From Camelus ferus (taxonomy: Eukaryota): 64,000 bases of DNA. The position numbers and the translations under genes were made by a program. The stretch covers positions 5,024,001-5,088,000 of the forward strand of contig NC_045696.1 in NCBI RefSeq assembly GCF_009834535.1. The letters run 5' to 3'. This document shows positions 36,479 through 51,195 of this stretch, piece by piece (the first letter of the stretch is position 1; every line of letters starts with the position of its first letter). The notes below the pieces were generated by a model. That model made no database searches. It was given only the letters and a program-made list of their open reading frames with translations, and was not told the DNA's origin.

Positions 36479-38088
36479 GTCCTCAAACCCATGACTTTAC
36501 ACTTAAAGCAGGTGCACTTCATAGTAAGTAAATCAGACCTCAGCGAAGCTGTTCATAAGATTAAAGTTTTCCTTAAACAAGCGAGAGGAAAAGAAGGGCC
36601 AGGGGAAGGTCGGAGATGGTAGGCTCGGCTCTGCTGCATCTCGGATACGCCCACCGTGGTCAGAGGCAGCTTTCTTTAAAATGTGGGATGCACGATGCTG
36701 CTTTTCCTCGGCTCCCTGTCTGTCTGCCCCACGTGCTATTCTCTCTGCCGCATGCTGCTGACTATGGAGAAATTGCAAGGTGCAGGCTCTTCCAGGGGTG
36801 TCCCGGCTACACAACTGGTAGGTCTCTGGCTGGTTGTGGTGTGTCTCCAGCCATTCGGGCCTGCCTGGGGGAGATGTGACCAGGATGTGCCAGTCTCAGG
36901 AGAAGACAATGTTTCTATGGTCAAGAGCCCAGAGGACATTGGAGGGCTCTGAGGTGGGCAAGAAAGAGCAACATGTGAGCTTGACCTTGGAAATGAGGGA
37001 GGGTCTTTGGAAAGATGAGGTTGATTGGGAAAATGAGGTAAAAAGCAGGAGGAGCTATAGATTTGTTTTAGTTCTTTTTCAAATCTTTCTCATCATTTTT
37101 GAGCATCTTGCCTTTTTATGTATAATTTAGGGTCTGTATCTGGTGATTCTAAAATCCTTGGGGCTTTGATTCTCAATGAGGGTAGATTGTTTTCTCCTGT
37201 GTTTTAGAGTTTTGGTTTGTGAGCTCATGTTTAGCAGAGCTTCATCTAGGAGAATCACGAAGGGCCTGGACGGAGGGCCCATCCCGCTACAGTGTGTTTT
37301 TGTTTGCTTTCGCTGAGTTCCTCAGGCCCTTTACCAAACTAGGTTCACCATCATATTAATCCTTTACTATGAATTTGACTCCAAACCTATGTGGAGTCAG
37401 ACCAGCTACAGATTCTCAGGGGACACATTTTTCCCTTCATTCACAGCACAAGCCAAGGCAGTTTGCTTCTCCCTTTGCCGTTGTGGGTTTTACTTATTTA
37501 CTTATTTTGGGGGATAGGCTCGCTCTGAAGTTAGAGCCCTTTGAGAAGCTTGGTCTGCAGGTTTCACTTTAATGCCCGGCCTCTCAGGTAGTCAGAGCAC
37601 CAGCATCGTGATACCCTGGGCCTTTCAGCGTCCACTTCTGTTTCTGGCTCCTGCATTTCCTCTCATTTCCGTATAAGATTAGCAGGTATTTTTAAGATAT
37701 TTGTTATACGCTGTCCAGCATTTCTTGGTGGCTGGTGGAATAGGGGTGTGGCCTCCAGCATAGCACCCAGGAGTCTAAAGATGCATTTTGAGATGGAGAG
37801 AGAGAACTGAGAAGTTTTCCAAATAAAGCTTCCTGCTCCCTCAGTGCACTGGGATGAGATCCCCCGCCTGCCATAAGCTTTGGGAGGACGGTAGGTCTGA
37901 GGTCTCCACGTGACTGCCAGAGCTTGGGCCAGCTGTGGGAGGTGGGGACGCGCAGCAGTCACTTCAGGGATTGGTTGGCGGCCGCCAGGCGCCACCCCAG
38001 TTGACTAGCAAGGTTCCTTCCCTGCTTGAAGTGGAGTTAGAAGAGTCAGAAGTGCGGGCGATCGCAGAAGGAGGAGCGGGGTTCTTCT

Positions 38089-38245
38089 CTTTAACTGCAG
38101 TGTGGTTGGTTTGCAATGTCTGTTAGTTTCTGGTGAACAGCAAAAGTGATTCAGTCATACATGTGTAAGTTCTTTTTCATATTCTTTTCCATTATAGGCT
38201 GTTGCAAGCTATTGAATATAGCTCCCTGTGCTACACAGTAGGACA
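38089..38245 (-). mobile_element. Short cetartiodactyl-type L1 3' end
   Basis: tgttagtttctggtgaacagcaaaagtgattcagtcatacat...attcttttccattatagg...attgaatatagctccctgtgctacacagtaggac, homologous to 17450-17540. Confidence 0.75.
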
Positions 38246-38559
38246 CAGTAGGACTTTGCCTCTTTGCAGTTCTTAAGGAAGCCCCCCTTTCCAGTCCAAT
38301 GAGCAAATCAAATCGCTTTCCTGTGTGTTCAGGAGCCACCGTGGGCTGTGCCCTGTGACCCACGTGTCCCCTCCTCGGGGACTGGAAGAGAGCAGCACCC
38401 CTCCAGCAGGACAGCACACGGCAGCCCCGCTGAGGGCTCATGGAGTCCAGTTTCATTTTTCTGCCACCTTCCAATTATTTTGATCATGATTCTTGCTCAG
38501 CAGTTTCTTGACTACATTTTGTTTCAAAGAACCACCCCCCACCCCACCCCGAAGTGTGA

Positions 38560-38928
<369 letters not shown>

Positions 38929-39797
38929 TGAACCATCTTTCGAAACTTATTTAAGAAGCACTCTCTCTCACCCTTCATCCAACAGGATTTCTGAGTGGCC
39001 TGCAAGACTAGTGCTTTATCGAATGTGTTATGAAGAGTAAAATTATTACAAACGTAGCAGGGAGTCCAACTGTAACCAGAACAGACGGGAGAAATAGCGT
39101 CTTTTAATGACAGTTAATCCTGGAGGAATGACAGCCTATGCTGGGCACCTGCTTTAACTTCCTGTAGAAGGAAAAATTAGATGGGCTGTGGGATAAAAAA
39201 TATGATAAGGAAAATATTTTGCTTCTTTAGAAAAACTCAACGACAAAAATATTGCAGTCTCTTATAGTGGTAGTTAGCTGAGTGACTCCTTTAACGTGGG
39301 GGAGAAATGGTGCTGTAACACACATGGGGAAAAAAACCTTGTGTTTGAAATGCTTCTATTGATTCGCTCCCAGGGTCCAATCCCAGAGTCCTGGGAGATC
39401 AGACCTCAGTTGCAGTATTTAAAGATCTGTGCTTTTTAACAAGGGTTGGTTTGGATGCTTTAAAAATTCACTATGAGAAAAAAAATATGCGTGCAATATA
39501 TATCAACCTGACCATGAGACTCTGCAGAAACTGCACACCTAATTTAACGAGCTGGCAACAGACATGGATGATGTACACTGAACCCATCCACCTGCACATT
39601 TACAGTGATGCTGAAATCATTTGCTCTTAGAACTGTGTGTCCGTGTACGTCCGTGTGTGTGTGTGCGTGCGTGCGTGCAATTATGGGTGGGAGGAGGGTG
39701 AAAGCAGACAGAAGATTTTTACAGCCCAAAGCCTGTTGAGTTGTTCCGTCACCCCGTTCTACTGGATAAGACGGATTTCTTTCTGCTTTACATGTAG

Positions 39798-39911
<114 letters not shown>

Positions 39912-40309
39912 TAGGGGACAGACAGCTATTTTCGGGCAGTAAGTGTGTGCCCAGGCTCGGGCGCCTCCCAAGCCCTCAGGAAAGCCTGAAAGCCACAGAG
40001 TTGGCACTGCTGCAGTGTTGCGCTCGCCTTGGGGCCGTGTCGAGGTGCAGCCCCAGAGCAAAGCCCACGAAGGGGCCAGGCTGGACCGCGGGGCTTTCTT
40101 GCCACCTTCCTTGCTCAGTTTTGGGGATCCTTACACTAGGTGATCCAAGTTGGGAGTTTAACATTTGGGGCCAAAATAATCTTTGGGTTAACAGATTCCA
40201 AGTCAGAAGAGTGGCATTTAAACCCTCCAGGTTTGGTCCAGCTTTATAAATGCTGTGAAAATTGGCAGATTTGGAAAAGTGAAATTTTTCTGTCTTAAAA
40301 TGGGATTAG

Positions 40310-40702
<393 letters not shown>

Positions 40703-42539
40703 TGACCAGCGCCCCTCCTTCCTTGCACGAAGAACACCCACGCTCCCTTTGCTGTGCCGAGATGGCCCCGCCGGCTCAGCTCTGCCTCCTTTCTCTTCGA
40801 GCCAGCAGGACCTCAGTCTTGCTCCCCGTGGGCCACTTTTGCATTCTTGCCTCTGATTGGCACGTGGGCTGCTGTGACCAGCCCTGGCCACCGTCACTAT
40901 TTTTTCTGCCTCCCCTGCTTCTCTTTGCTTCCTTTGGGTCCGAACCCCTGAGCGCCAGCTGTGTTCAGTGCCAAGCTGTGCCGTGGCTCTGGCGCCGAGA
41001 AAGGAGGGCCATGTCTTGCAAGGCCAGCACCGACTCTGCAGGGCCCTCCCGGACGTCCAGGGACTGGCCCATGGCACGAATGGCACCTCGAGCCCTCGTG
41101 TACCGCCTCAGGGCCGGCAAGTGGCCAGCCCCATAAATGAAGCAGACCCAGCTGTCAGGCCCATGACAGGCCTGTCTATTTATCGTCTTAAAGTGACAGT
41201 GATAAGGCCACCTTGAACGTTGTGACCCTGCAGGCCGAGGGTAGGATACCACTGCCGCTGTGACTTCTAGTCTGGACTTTTACACAAAAGAGACAAGGAA
41301 GTCGAGCGCCGTCAGCACGTGAAGGGTTAACAAACATCTCAGAGGCCATGGAAGTCAAGTGACCGCTTTCTGGGTACCAAGCGAACTTAGCTTCAGGTCC
41401 TACTGTCCTGACTCACATAGTATCTTTTGAGGTGAAGCTGGAGTGAAAAATGAAGCAGAAGGTGGCTGGGAAGGCGGGTCGGGAGGGAGGAAATATTTCA
41501 GTGAGAGCCTGCAAGGGGCAGAGAAGGCAAACGGTGCGAGACGGGCCGAGGGCGGCCCCCGGGGAGAGCGGGTGGTGGTAAGGAACGCAGCACAGGACGG
41601 TGAAATCAGCCGCTATCAAACCGGGAACAGAGGTTTCGCAGCAGTGCCCAAGACTTGCAATAAGCAGTGGATTGGAAATGGGTAAGAAAAGACAAATGGG
41701 ACGGCTCAGCTGCATCCCTTGAGTCGCAACCAGAGACCCAGAAGGGAGGTGACGCTTACACAGAACCTGAGGAAGCTCCCAGAGAGGGGCCCGGTGGCTG
41801 TGGTCACAGGGTCCCTGGAAACGTGGCATGTGGTGCAGGTGAAGGGGAGGGACCCGGGGCCCGGTGAGCAAGCTCAGGGCAGACCCCATGAGGCTCTTCC
41901 AGGAACCAGGACCAGCGGGCTCGCCCAGGGCCAAGGGAAGAGAGGAGGCCCTGCCTTTGCCCTGAAGAAATAAGGTCAGGAGGGAACCAAAGAGCTACAG
42001 GTTCTGAGATCTGGGTCTTGAAGTAAAGGAAGCAGTTCTTAGGTGAGGCAGGCACGTTCCTGCAGAGAACGACCCGGAAACTGATAGTAGCGATGAAAAT
42101 GCGGCGTGAACTTGGAGTCCCCAGAGTGGGGCAGGCCCCGCCAGTCTCTCTGGCCCAGCGCTGACCAGAGGACTTTGGGTCTTGGAGCCCAGGGACCTCT
42201 CAGGGGAGCAACTTGGTGCCTCCCTGTCTTAGGGCATCGCTCATTTCTAGGTACTAGTGACGACACGGTGGTTCCCCAAGGAGGGCTGGGGTCCAGCCCG
42301 TCCTGGCTCAGCAGCTGCCCTGTCTCTTGCCTCCCTTCGCCTTCCTCCTCTGGGAAATGGGATAGCACAGTGTCTCCCTGTGACAAGGGCCTCTCAAAGG
42401 CTGCCTCCCTTACCTGGGCCACATGGTTACTGTGATCACATCTACCTGTTCCTCAGCCCTACTTCCCATGTCACCTCCTCAGGGACACATCCCTGGTCCA
42501 AGTTTGAAGCCAGGGCTGTTGGGGTTTTTGTTTGTTTTT

Positions 42540-43150
42540 GTTTGTTTGTTTTTTCAAATTTATCACTATTTTCTTTTACTATATCTGGGTTTTGAGTCAA
42601 GTTAGAAAAGGAGTCTGTACACTCTGGCCATAAAGTAATTCAGCCTTTTGTGTTGTTTCTCTTTCTCTCTCTTTTCACAATTTAGATTTCCAGTCCGTTT
42701 GGAATTTATTCTTGTGTATGCTGGGAGAGATAGATCTAGTGTCATCTTCCCCAGATGGGACCCCGCTGCCCCAGCATTGCTTATTATAAACCACCTTTGT
42801 TCGGTGACTTCCGTCGCCGCCTTTGTTGCGCACTGACTTCCCCTGTGTGTCAGCCTGTGTCTGGGTTTGTGGTTCCAGTCCGTCCAGTTGGTCTGTCAGT
42901 GCTCCAGTACCACAGTGTTTTAACCATGCAGGCTTTGTGTTTTCGTATCTGACAGGCCTAGTTTCACCCTCGCAGCTTTTCCTTCTCCATGTTTCCTTAG
43001 TTTTCCACACATAACTGAAGGATCAACCTGTTTAGCTCCATAAAATCATTTTCTGTTCTTGTTAATGGGACCACATTAAATGTGTTCATTGACTTCAGAG
43101 AAAACTGACATTTTTGTGATGTTGCCTTGGGCTGATTCGATCCATCAAAA
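42540..43150 (-). mobile_element. Ancient L1 ORF2 fragment (L1ME-like)
   Basis: tttagatttccagtccgtttggaatttattcttgtgtatg...cagtaccacagtgttttaacc...gggaccacattaaatgtg...gaaaactgacatttttgtgatgttg. Confidence 0.6.
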
Positions 43151-44139
43151 ATGCACATTGAAGTTCTAGCCCCTGGTACCAAAGAATGTGACCTCGCCGG
43201 GGAACAGTGTCACAAAGCTGTGACTGTTGAGGAGCGTGTCCCCTGCACAGACTGGGAGCTTCTTGGGCCCCTGGGCCCAGCCCGCCCCCCGGCACCTGGA
43301 GCGGGACCAGCGCAGGGTCCACGCCCAGTGGATATTTGGCGAGCTCTCCTTAAGGAGGGTGTGCTTCCACCACACTTGACCCCGTGTCACCCCAGGGCAC
43401 ACATCTAACAGGCGTGGCTCTTAGTCTTACTCCAGCACGCTCACATGGCAAAGGCCTCTAGAACTGTCTGTGTTTCTTAAATGATTTGCCCCGTTCAGAG
43501 TCCTCAGAAACTCCCAGCTTTCCCAGGAGTTTCCCAAAGACAGGACCTCTACTGCTGAGCGTCCCCAGCACCTGGCGTAGCACCTGCGTGAAGGAAGCGC
43601 TCTGTCGTGTTTGTGGCATTCAGTCGACACGCGGTCCAAATCAGAGAATTATCCTTATTGCCAGCCGTGTTTTCAGATGTGTAAACTGATTGGACTCTAC
43701 GCAGCCAAATCAGGAAAGCTCCTCATCTGTGAAGCTGGGCACAGCCAGAATCAAGGGGTGTATTGCCATCCTTCCTACTCCTCTTCAGCCATACGCAGGG
43801 CCCCCTGCATTCTTGCAACCCTGGGGCCCAGCCGTCTGAGGGGTAGAATGAGTGCCAGGAGGCTCGCTGGGGAAAACCCATGGCCAGGCCAGGCCCAGCT
43901 CCACGGCCTGTGGTCTCCACCAGGGCCCTCCAGGGCCTCCATCGCTTTCATTCTGAGTCTGAAAGTCCAGGGAGGCGATGCTGGCGGCAGGAATCCTGGT
44001 CACTTGCTGTAGGAAATGTGTTAGTCAGCATTTGCATGTGTTCGTTGCTCTCTCAATAAGTTTTGAATGTATAAACAGTCCAGCCATGATTTAAGTGAGT
44101 GCAGTTCATAGGCAGAGTCCATAGAGAACTGATCCTTCA

Positions 44140-44430
44140 AGTCACAGCTTTAATGTCACCTCCTCCAGGAAGCCTTCCCCGACCACCCATTTTTTTTATG
44201 ACATGGCCCTCCTCTACTCATATAATGCCCTGTATGCCTTGGAACATGTGGTGGGCTTGGGACTGTTTATTTAATATCTGTCTCCACTGCTGGGTACTTG
44301 TCCTTCTGAAGGATCTAGTGACCGCTCAGGGCAGCTACTACGTCTGAGGAACCCTGTGCCATGTCCCTGCGTCCCCTGCAGCACCAGCACACATACTAGA
44401 CTCGTAAGACACGTCTGTTGACTGATTGAC
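44140..44430 (+). mobile_element. L2 3' fragment
   Basis: cagctttaatgtcacctcctccaggaagccttccccgacc...tctgtctccact...ccctgcagcaccagcacacatactagactcgtaagacacgtctgttgactgattga. Confidence 0.6.
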
Positions 44431-47242
44431 TCTCAACCTGTGTTTTAGGCAATGAAATCATCCCCCACAAAGGTGCCGCCTTCTACTTTGTTGTCAATTG
44501 TTAAGAATACAATGTATTACCATACGTCACATTCCTAATGAAGAGGGTCCCTGCAAGCAATCGTTCAGTCTATGTTTGAACCGGCGGGCAGCAAAAACTC
44601 ATCAGCCCCAAGAAAGGACGAGTCTGTCTTGAGCCAGCCTTGACTGTTAGAAGTTCTTACATTTCTTGCACCAAAAGAGACCTTCCTATATCCAGCAGCC
44701 CTCTTCCCACCCCTGTGGTCAAATTACATCCCTCCCAGGATCTGAAAACAGATGACACTCCTTGGCTTTCTATTTACCAAGAAAAAGAAAATATCCCAAG
44801 TTTCTTTGCTAGTATCTCCTATGACGTCTCCTGGCCATCTCTCTCTGATCACGCCCAGTGGCAAGACCCCACGTGCCATCTGACCAGGCACAGGTGCAAG
44901 GGAGCCATTGCCCCCTCATCTGGAATGTTCGACCTTCTTCGTGCAGCCCGCATCCCGCTGACTGCCTCGGCTGCCAGACTTGGATCCTAGCAACCCCTGC
45001 TTCTCCTCCAGGTGACGCCAAGAACCCCCACGACAGCCCCTGCCAGCATCCTGCCCCGTGCGCACTGCTGGCCATCAGCCTGCAGTCTGCTGCGTTCACG
45101 TCCTTCCCCCCGAGGGCAGCCTGCCATGTCCCCCGTCCCCTCTGGGGGGCCTCTTCCCTTCTCCGCCAGGCCTCTCAGGTCACCTCAGCACCCTGACACA
45201 AGCCCCTTCTCCTCTCTCGGGACCCCGTCCCCACTTCACCCGAAGGCTCTTCTCCGAGGGGAAGACAGAGCCGAAGCAGCTTTCCCTGCGTCCTGATGCC
45301 TCCTTCATGTTTGTCAGCCAGTAAGTCTTGTCCATCTTGGAGCCGCCTCCTCTCTTTCTGCCTATTGTGTAGCTTTGTCCCTGGAGCGCTGGGTGCCCCG
45401 CACCCACTCTAGCCTATGTCAGCCCTTCTTCAGATCAGCGTCCCTCTATTCCATCTGTCCCTGGTGATCTGCCATCTGTCTGACTTGAGGTGTCTGACCC
45501 CCAAGCTGGGCTCGCCAGTGAGCACCCAGTGTGACCACACTGCTCCTATAGGCTCCCCAGTCCTTTCCCACAGGGGACCATTGGAATTTCAGAGGCAGGA
45601 ATGCGGTTCTGAACTGCTCCGTTCTCTTCTATGTCCCTCTGGGGCGGGACATGGAGTCCTACCTACTTTTTCAACAAATGCTTCTGACAGCTTCTTTCTA
45701 AACCAAGAGACAAATCTGACTGTTCACCTACCCTTGGTTCCTACAAACCCAGAGTATTTACCATAACTCTTGGCCAACATTTCCCTCTCTTGCCTCCTCC
45801 TCGTCAATCGGCCAAGTCAAAACCCGGCACCAGTCTTCCTCTAAGGATGTGAGCCTCTCAGCAGGTGCCTGGAGGCTGAAACCCGGTCTCCGTGGGCATC
45901 CTGCAAAGACTGTGGGGAAGTCACGTGCTGCAGGAAGATGGCCCCAGGCATGCAGAGAACGCAGGTGAGGTCAACTCCCAGCCCTGCTTCTGATCAGCTC
46001 TGTAACAGGGTCTGAGTTTCTTGACCTTCACAATGAAAATAAAAATCCCCACCTCACCAGGATGTTGTAAGAATCCAATCGAACAAAGCAATCTGTCCAA
46101 ATCTCGCTGTGCATCAGAACGACATAGAGAGAGAGCTTCATCAAAGCACGGATGTGGGGGTACCATTCCCCAAGGAGATTCTGATTGCGTTGCTCTGAAA
46201 GTGCAGTTGTCAGAAAGCTCGGAGGTGTTGGCCATGTGCCCACAGGTTTGGGGGCTGCCGGAGTCACATTTGTGAAGTGCCCAGCATGGCGCCAGCAAGC
46301 AGATGCCCCTGCAAAGCCTGAGTTCCCTTTGCTGCTGGTATTTCTCTGACCACCGCCTTGACTTCCACCACAGACCCACCGTCTCCTCCTCCCACGGCTC
46401 GCACCACTCAGGCTGTCTTGCCCTCTGACTTCTAGCTGGGTTCCCCCGAGGGCAGACTCAGAGTGATTCAGACAAGGGCCCTGAAGAGGCTGGGTTCTGT
46501 GTGCCTAGCTTCTGTTGGGCTCCTGCTCCGAGGTTCCAGCCCCATCAACACCCCAGAAGCACCGTCCCTTCCCTTTGGCCCTTCCGGCCCCGAGAAGGAG
46601 AAGCCCCCACTCTTGCTCAGCGTCTGCTGCAGGCTCCCTTCGCCCAGCCCGCGCCTCGGTGGGTGGAGCCCTTGGAAACCGTCTTCCAGCATGGCTTAGA
46701 ATCCCCCCCTTGGTGCTGCATGGACTCTCCACATCCAGAAACCACCAGCGCCTTCCTCCACTGGGCAGAGAGACCGGCGATCAGCCCTCACAGCCATATC
46801 GTTCCTCCCCTGGCCCTTCCTTTCACCCAAAGCCTCCCCATTCACGCTCGCATCCGCTAGCTCTTGGATTTCCAGGCACACCTCTCTGTGCCTCACTCCT
46901 CCTGAGGAGCTTCTGTATCTTGTCTATGGCTTATTCTTGCTAGTTATATTGGTATTTCAATTTGCAGGTTCACCCCCACCCCCGCGCCAAGTGTCAGGGT
47001 CTCTCTGTGATTGTTTCTCACTCCCAGTGTTATATTCTCAAGCACACTTTGTGATCCACGATCTGCCCGTTTGCATGTCAGCATCTGAGATCAGAAGTAG
47101 CATTTTCAGTGCCTGTCTCACTCTCCTCCTGGGTCACCACTCACTGCCCCGTTGGTATTCTTCCTCTGATGCCTTACCACTTGGGAGACTGCATTTGGGG
47201 ATTAACTAGACTTTTCCAATCAGTTTCTTTAAAATCCTTCCA

Positions 47243-47359
47243 GGGAGGAGGGTATAGCTCAAGTGCTTAGCATGCACAAGGTCCTGGGTTCAGTCCCCAG
47301 CACCTCCTCTAAAAATAAATAAACAAACCAAACTACCTCCCTCCTAAAAAATAAAAATA
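47243..47359 (+). mobile_element. tRNA-derived SINE (camelid vic-1-like) with an internal deletion
   Basis: gggaggagggtatagctcaagtgcttagcatgcacaaggtcctgggttcagtccccagcacctcctct plus an A-rich tail. TSD AAAATCCTTC(C/T)A at 47231-42 and 47360-71, at a canonical TT/AAAA site. Confidence 0.88.
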
Positions 47360-48133
47360 AAAATCCTTCTAAATAGCACATTCTTTCTCTCTCCTCCTCT
47401 TGACCTCTGGCTGAGGAATCCACCCTCCAGCGTTTTGAACCCTATTCTAATAGTCTTGATCACTGGCATCATCTCTTTCTTTCAAAACATAATCAGTAAA
47501 GGATTTGAGACTAAATGATTTCAAAAAGTAGAACTGAGAAGTCCATCTGATGAGCAGTGTTGATGCTGGAGACTGAGACTAGAGTTTCTGTAAGTGTTTC
47601 ATTGTCAACGCTCTCCTTTTGGAGAAGAAGGGATCTGACCTGCTCCAGGTGTCGCTGGTTTTCAAATACCTTTTAGAACAAGGGTTTTGTTTTTTTCTTT
47701 GTTTTTTTTTTTTTTTTTCCTTTTGGGTGAAGGGCTGTTCAAATGGTAATTTCTTTTATTATCTTGTACAATGAGTGCTCAAAAGTGGCTGTTCTTCAGT
47801 TTCCTGGCCTGAGATCCCCTGCTTGTATTCTCCTCTGAGATCTCTGCCAGGAGGTCTGTAGTGTTGCCTCAGATGTCCCTCCCTGAACTCAGCTGCCCCC
47901 AGCACTTGTCCCCCTCCGCATGGATAATGAGTGTGTGGTGTCCTGCCCCCTCTGATGGCCAGCCCACCTGAACACTGGGAGCATTGCTTTGAGAATTCGC
48001 TTTGAGTTGTAACTTTTTTTCTTTCCTTCTTTCTTTCTTTCTTTTTTTTAAATTCCTACTTGTGAACTTTCAAAGGCAGAGGGAAAAAACTCATGTCTCT
48101 ATCTCTTCTTTTTTGAAAAACAAAACCCAAAAG

Positions 48134-48301
48134 ACTCCTGGGATTCCGCTCAGAGAACCAAAGATGTTTCCCCTCAGCTGAACTCGGCCACCATCATTGA
48201 TATCCACCCTTCCTCCACCTACAGCATCCGCATGTACGCCAAGAACCGGATCGGCAAGAGCGAGCCCAGCAACGAGCTGTCCATCACTGCGGACGAGGCA
48301 G
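48134..48301 (+). CDS. DSCAM: DSCAM coding exon (168 nt; C-half of FnIII repeat 1)
   Basis: Encodes (D)[55 protein letters not shown]. Acceptor aaAG (48132-33), donor CAG|GTGGGT. Phase 1/1. Confidence 0.96.
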
Positions 48302-50648
48302 GTGGGTCTGCCGGCCAGGCAGGGCCCAGGCGCCGGGAGCTGGCTCGCGGGGCTCAGGCGGTCAGTGCGGGACCCCACCTTTGATGGCTGCTCCCCACGG
48401 CTCCATGCCCAATCAGAAACATAGACGGCGCTCTGCCTCCTACTGGGAAGGCTCTGCTCGTCAAACAGGACTTAGGCCAAGGTTCTCATAGCTAAGACTT
48501 AAAAGAAAGACATACGAGGCTAATAGTCTGGTGAGATTTAAGAACCGTGCTGTTCTCATGGTGCCTGGTCTGGATGCATGGAGAACCATGACCGTATGTC
48601 TTGTCCGAGTCCCTGTGCAGCCTGCTGAGGGAGTGTCGCATAACTAGGGAGCAGCAAGAACATTCTCTGTGTGGGGAGTTGGGGACGGTAGCACTGGTTA
48701 TTTTGTTGACTGGAAATGTCAGTATTCCTAGAATAAACTGTATTGCTCTTTTTCATGTTACAAAGTATTTCGTATTCAGTGTCGAAAACTTAGAAGATTT
48801 TGAAGACAAAACAGCTTACAGTCCTACCACCAGGAGTTACCCTGAGCATGTCGATGTCACTAACTTGTTCAGCACACACGCATGCGTGCACGCTCACCCG
48901 CGCAGACACACAGACAGGCGCGCGCACACACACACACGCCCTTCAACACGGGGGTCCGCTCATGATTACGCGGTGACAATAGCCTGTTTGTGGAGGACTG
49001 AGCGGTTAGGCAGAGGCAGTGACTGCTGACTGTCAGCCCTCCTCCCGGCAGGAGAGGAAGAAGCAGGTTGCCCTTGGGCTTCTCTGGGGCAGAAAAGGTC
49101 AGGAACCAAGGCCTGGCTCATCTCTAGGGGCAGAAGAGTGTCCAGCCCCAAACCTAGCTTTTCTTCTCCTGCCCCTAATCAGGGCTTCGTCAGCCAGTCC
49201 CTGCTGTGGAGGGGAAGCTGGAAGCCTAGTCTCAGATCCATAGCTGCCCATCTCCAAGACTAACGTGATCGCGCCTAAATGACGGAGCTTCCGCAAGAGG
49301 CCAGATGCCTCCTTCACCTGGGGTCGTCCTTGGTGCTCCCCCACCAACTTCTCAGTTACTCTCATCAATGGACTTGGAATAGGTGTCACTCTTCCGTATC
49401 TCTTAAGTGCTTCCTACAACTTGTGTTCATACCTTCCAGCATTTCATTCAAACAAATCCCATATCGTTAAGTAAGTCAGTTATCTTCTATTTTTCATAAT
49501 CATCAGCACTACTGCAGTGAACACCCTTGTGATATATCTCTTACCATTTCCGGCATGATTTTTCATGTAAATTCCAAGACGTATGATGGCTGGATCAAAG
49601 CAAATGCAAAAATGACTCTTTTGATAGGCATAGTCAACATGGTCTTCAAGGATGTAGGTTAAAATTTACTGTTTTTCCTGTATCCATTTCTCAACTCTGG
49701 AACTTGTCGGTTCTTGAAAATTGTTTCCACGGGCAGGTGGCAGGGTAGCTGCGCCCTCCTGTGTCCGAGGGTGAGCCGCTTCCAGCACTTGGCAAGCCTG
49801 CGTGGCTTCTCATCCTGCAGAATGAGCGTAATGCCTCTCTCCTCCTCACCGCACGCAAGTTGGAGAACTGAAAAAAACTCCAGTCTCCGAAAGTCCTTTG
49901 CATGCTCAGAAACAAGTAGGAAATGAGTGTTCATAGGCTTCTGCAAAAACAGAGTATTATTTAAATATTTATGTAAACAATGCACTCACGTCCTGGAATT
50001 TCATCATGCTGGAGATTTAGGGAGAATAAGCCGCCTCCGAAAGGAAAACGCTGGCTCAGAGCTGAACCTTCTTCCTTTACCCACTTTTCCACTCTTCCCA
50101 TCTCGACAACCTTCTCAAGGTAGCCCTGTTTTCCCGGCAATGCCTTTCGAGCTGCTTTCCCAGTCGCCATGACAAAGGCAGCTGTGGTTGCTTTTCCTGC
50201 TGTCTCTTCGGTGACCTCCCTGCAGCCAGCTGTTGCCATGGTAACGTGCTTTTCTTCAGCCAGGAGGCAGGTGAACAGCCGCGCCTGGTCGCTGGGCACC
50301 AGCATGCAGTCCACTCCCAGCATCTCCGCAGACACACAGATGCAGAGCCACTTCCTTGGCTCCGGGGCCGGCCTTCTGGGTTTTCCCCAGGTGCTGGCTG
50401 CTGGCGGCCGCACAGCCCCTCTCATTTACTACTCAGATGAGCTAAGGGAACATGCAAGGAAAGGAAAGGCTTGAGCAAAGGAAAGCTACAAAGCAGAATT
50501 TGGCTTTGTCTGGGTGTGTAGCTTTGTGTGATAGAAATGAAAAAGTTTCCTCTGACTCATAGAACAGAGGGGAGCTCTCCTGACCAAAGACACCCTCTCC
50601 AGAACTTCCCACAGGTGTTGACCACACATTGCTCCTGCCCTCTCCTGG

Positions 50649-51195
50649 TGTTATCGAACTTAGGCTCCACTGCTTGCTGCTCAAAAACCACTAATCAAGA
50701 GGCAAGTGTCGGTAGAAAGAAAAGGTGCTTTAATCAGAAAAGCGAGCAGTGTGGGGAGAAAGTGGACTCATGTCGTAAGATCACCTCCAAAGATTCTGCT
50801 CAGTCATGACAATTTTTAAAGGAAAAAAAGGGAAACAATCTCAGTTAATCATTGAGGTAGGAGGTCAAATTCCTCGTCACTGTTCCACTGCGTGCAGACC
50901 CATGGGCTCCTCCTGAGCTTCCTTTGGATGCTGTCTGGCCCACGTGGTCCACCTGCAGATTTGCTAAGGGAGAAGCTGGGAGTAGAGAATCGGTTACTCT
51001 TAACTACTTAATTCTTCATTCTTACACCTTTTAATCCAGGAAAAGAATCAGCAAGTTAGGCCAGGCATGGTGTACATTCGGTAAAGCAGAACTCAGAAGT
51101 TAGGTGCAGTGTTACCTAGTGATCTCATTTTTCTGATTAAGGTCTGAGGAAAACAGAGCCAAAAAAACAGAAAAGGGGTCAAAGAGCTGCTTACA
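50649..51195 (-). mobile_element. Solo ERV LTR (~547 bp, ERV1-like)
   Basis: Termini tgttatc...gcttaca (TG..CA). ATTAAA-type signal on the minus strand (+ tttaat ~50729-34) near the 3' end. The flanks ctgg / ccag are compatible with a decayed 4-bp TSD. Confidence 0.65.

Noticed and set aside
47243..47310. Possible tRNA gene (also 23850-23922)
   Set aside because: A-rich tails, TSDs, an internal deletion and no intact cloverleaf show that these are SINEs.
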